NCBI GenBank assembly: GCA_002633005.1
Contig: NMRA01000523.1
Location: 1 to 64,000 of the forward strand
DNA length: 64,000 nucleotides
Direction of reading: 5' to 3'
Source of the DNA: Phoronis australis
Lineage: Eukaryota; Animalia; Phoronida
Of the stretch, positions 63,354 through 64,000 are shown piece by piece. Made by a program: the position numbers and the translations under genes. The stretch's first letter is position 1. Each line of letters opens with the position of its first letter. Under the pieces are notes generated by a model. The model was not told where the DNA came from, ran no database searches, and worked only from the letters and a program-made list of their open reading frames with translations.

Positions 63354-63625
63354 ACTAGTTTGCAGAGGGACCAGATGTACACTGAGAGTACACAAAAAGC
63401 TGACCTGGTCCGTCACGAGACCAAGAGCACACCTCCTGTGCTTATTATCCCTACACAAATAGTCGATCTGTCGCGGGATCAAACATTACTGGCTGAGATA
63501 AATAGCTTAACAAAGCACACTTAGGTAAAAAAATCACAAGACTAGTTCGCCGAGGGACCAGAAGTACACTGAAACTCAACATCTACACAAATCAAGCTGG
63601 CCTGGTCCGTCGCGAGACCTAAAGT
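63354..63625 (+). repeat. Two ~75-85 bp direct repeats, each with an internal GGACCAG/CTGGTCC inverted repeat
   Basis: ACTAGTT..GAGGGACCAGA.GTACACTGA..CCTGGTCCGTC.CGAGACC at 63354 and 63541. Confidence 0.65.
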
Positions 63626-63689
63626 GTACTATGCAAAAAATTTTGAAATGAAAACTTCTCTCTAAAATTTTAATCCCCAGTTGTTACTC

Positions 63690-64000
63690 ATACGTTAGTC
63701 CTATCCTTCTGTTGTCTAGACTGCCGAGGAATTTGTATATGGGATCCAATGATTTGCTCGTCCAACTTGGAACCATTCTACCCAGATATCTTCGATGTTT
63801 TTTCCCAACGCTTGCACTTCGTCAACTGCTGTGTCAATGAGCTGGTAAGCCTCTACAATGTCAGCATCTCGTTTCGCAGCTCAGTTGACACTAAGACCCT
63901 TGAGGTTGCCAAGTCCATTCGAAAGACTTACATGCGCAACTAAATTTGATCCGTTCATCATGGACTACTTCAAACCTTAACGAAGCATCCCAGGACCTAT
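63690..64000 (-). mobile_element. hAT (Tip100/THAP12-like) transposase pseudogene fragment running off the window end
   Basis: Minus-strand translation with frameshifts gives LGNLKGLSV../RDADIVEAYQLIDTAVDEVQALGKNIEDIWVEWF../IQIPRQSRQQKDRTNV, matching the L..LS..LQ....DI..A....PR...RQ..R.N pattern of this family. Confidence 0.7.

Overview
This window is eukaryotic (animal) genomic DNA with GT-AG spliced genes, roughly 40% GC by eye, and resembles a heterozygous invertebrate draft assembly with N gaps. Four host genes can be reconstructed by hand. (1) A two-exon secreted Cys-rich protein with two Lustrin/WR1-like modules (minus, 3461-5388). (2) An intronless cyclophilin A (17690-18184). (3) A multi-exon PWP1 WD40 gene (25522-37823), with one exon probably hidden in the N gap. 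(4) A 10-exon GPI-type alkaline phosphatase (minus, 41120-58899). The rest is dominated by transposon debris: a decayed Penelope-like retroelement (RT + GIY-YIG), a hAT transposase fragment, MITEs with unusual 5-6 bp target-site duplications, and several long foldback palindromes. A ~2.5 kb duplication that copies ALP exon 2 is most likely an uncollapsed haplotype. The least explained feature is a decayed but still cleanly spliced minus-strand gene upstream of cyclophilin, with SGNH-hydrolase-like and SWIM-like motifs and a MITE inside one exon. I found no prokaryote-type system such as CRISPR, and no clearly novel intact system.
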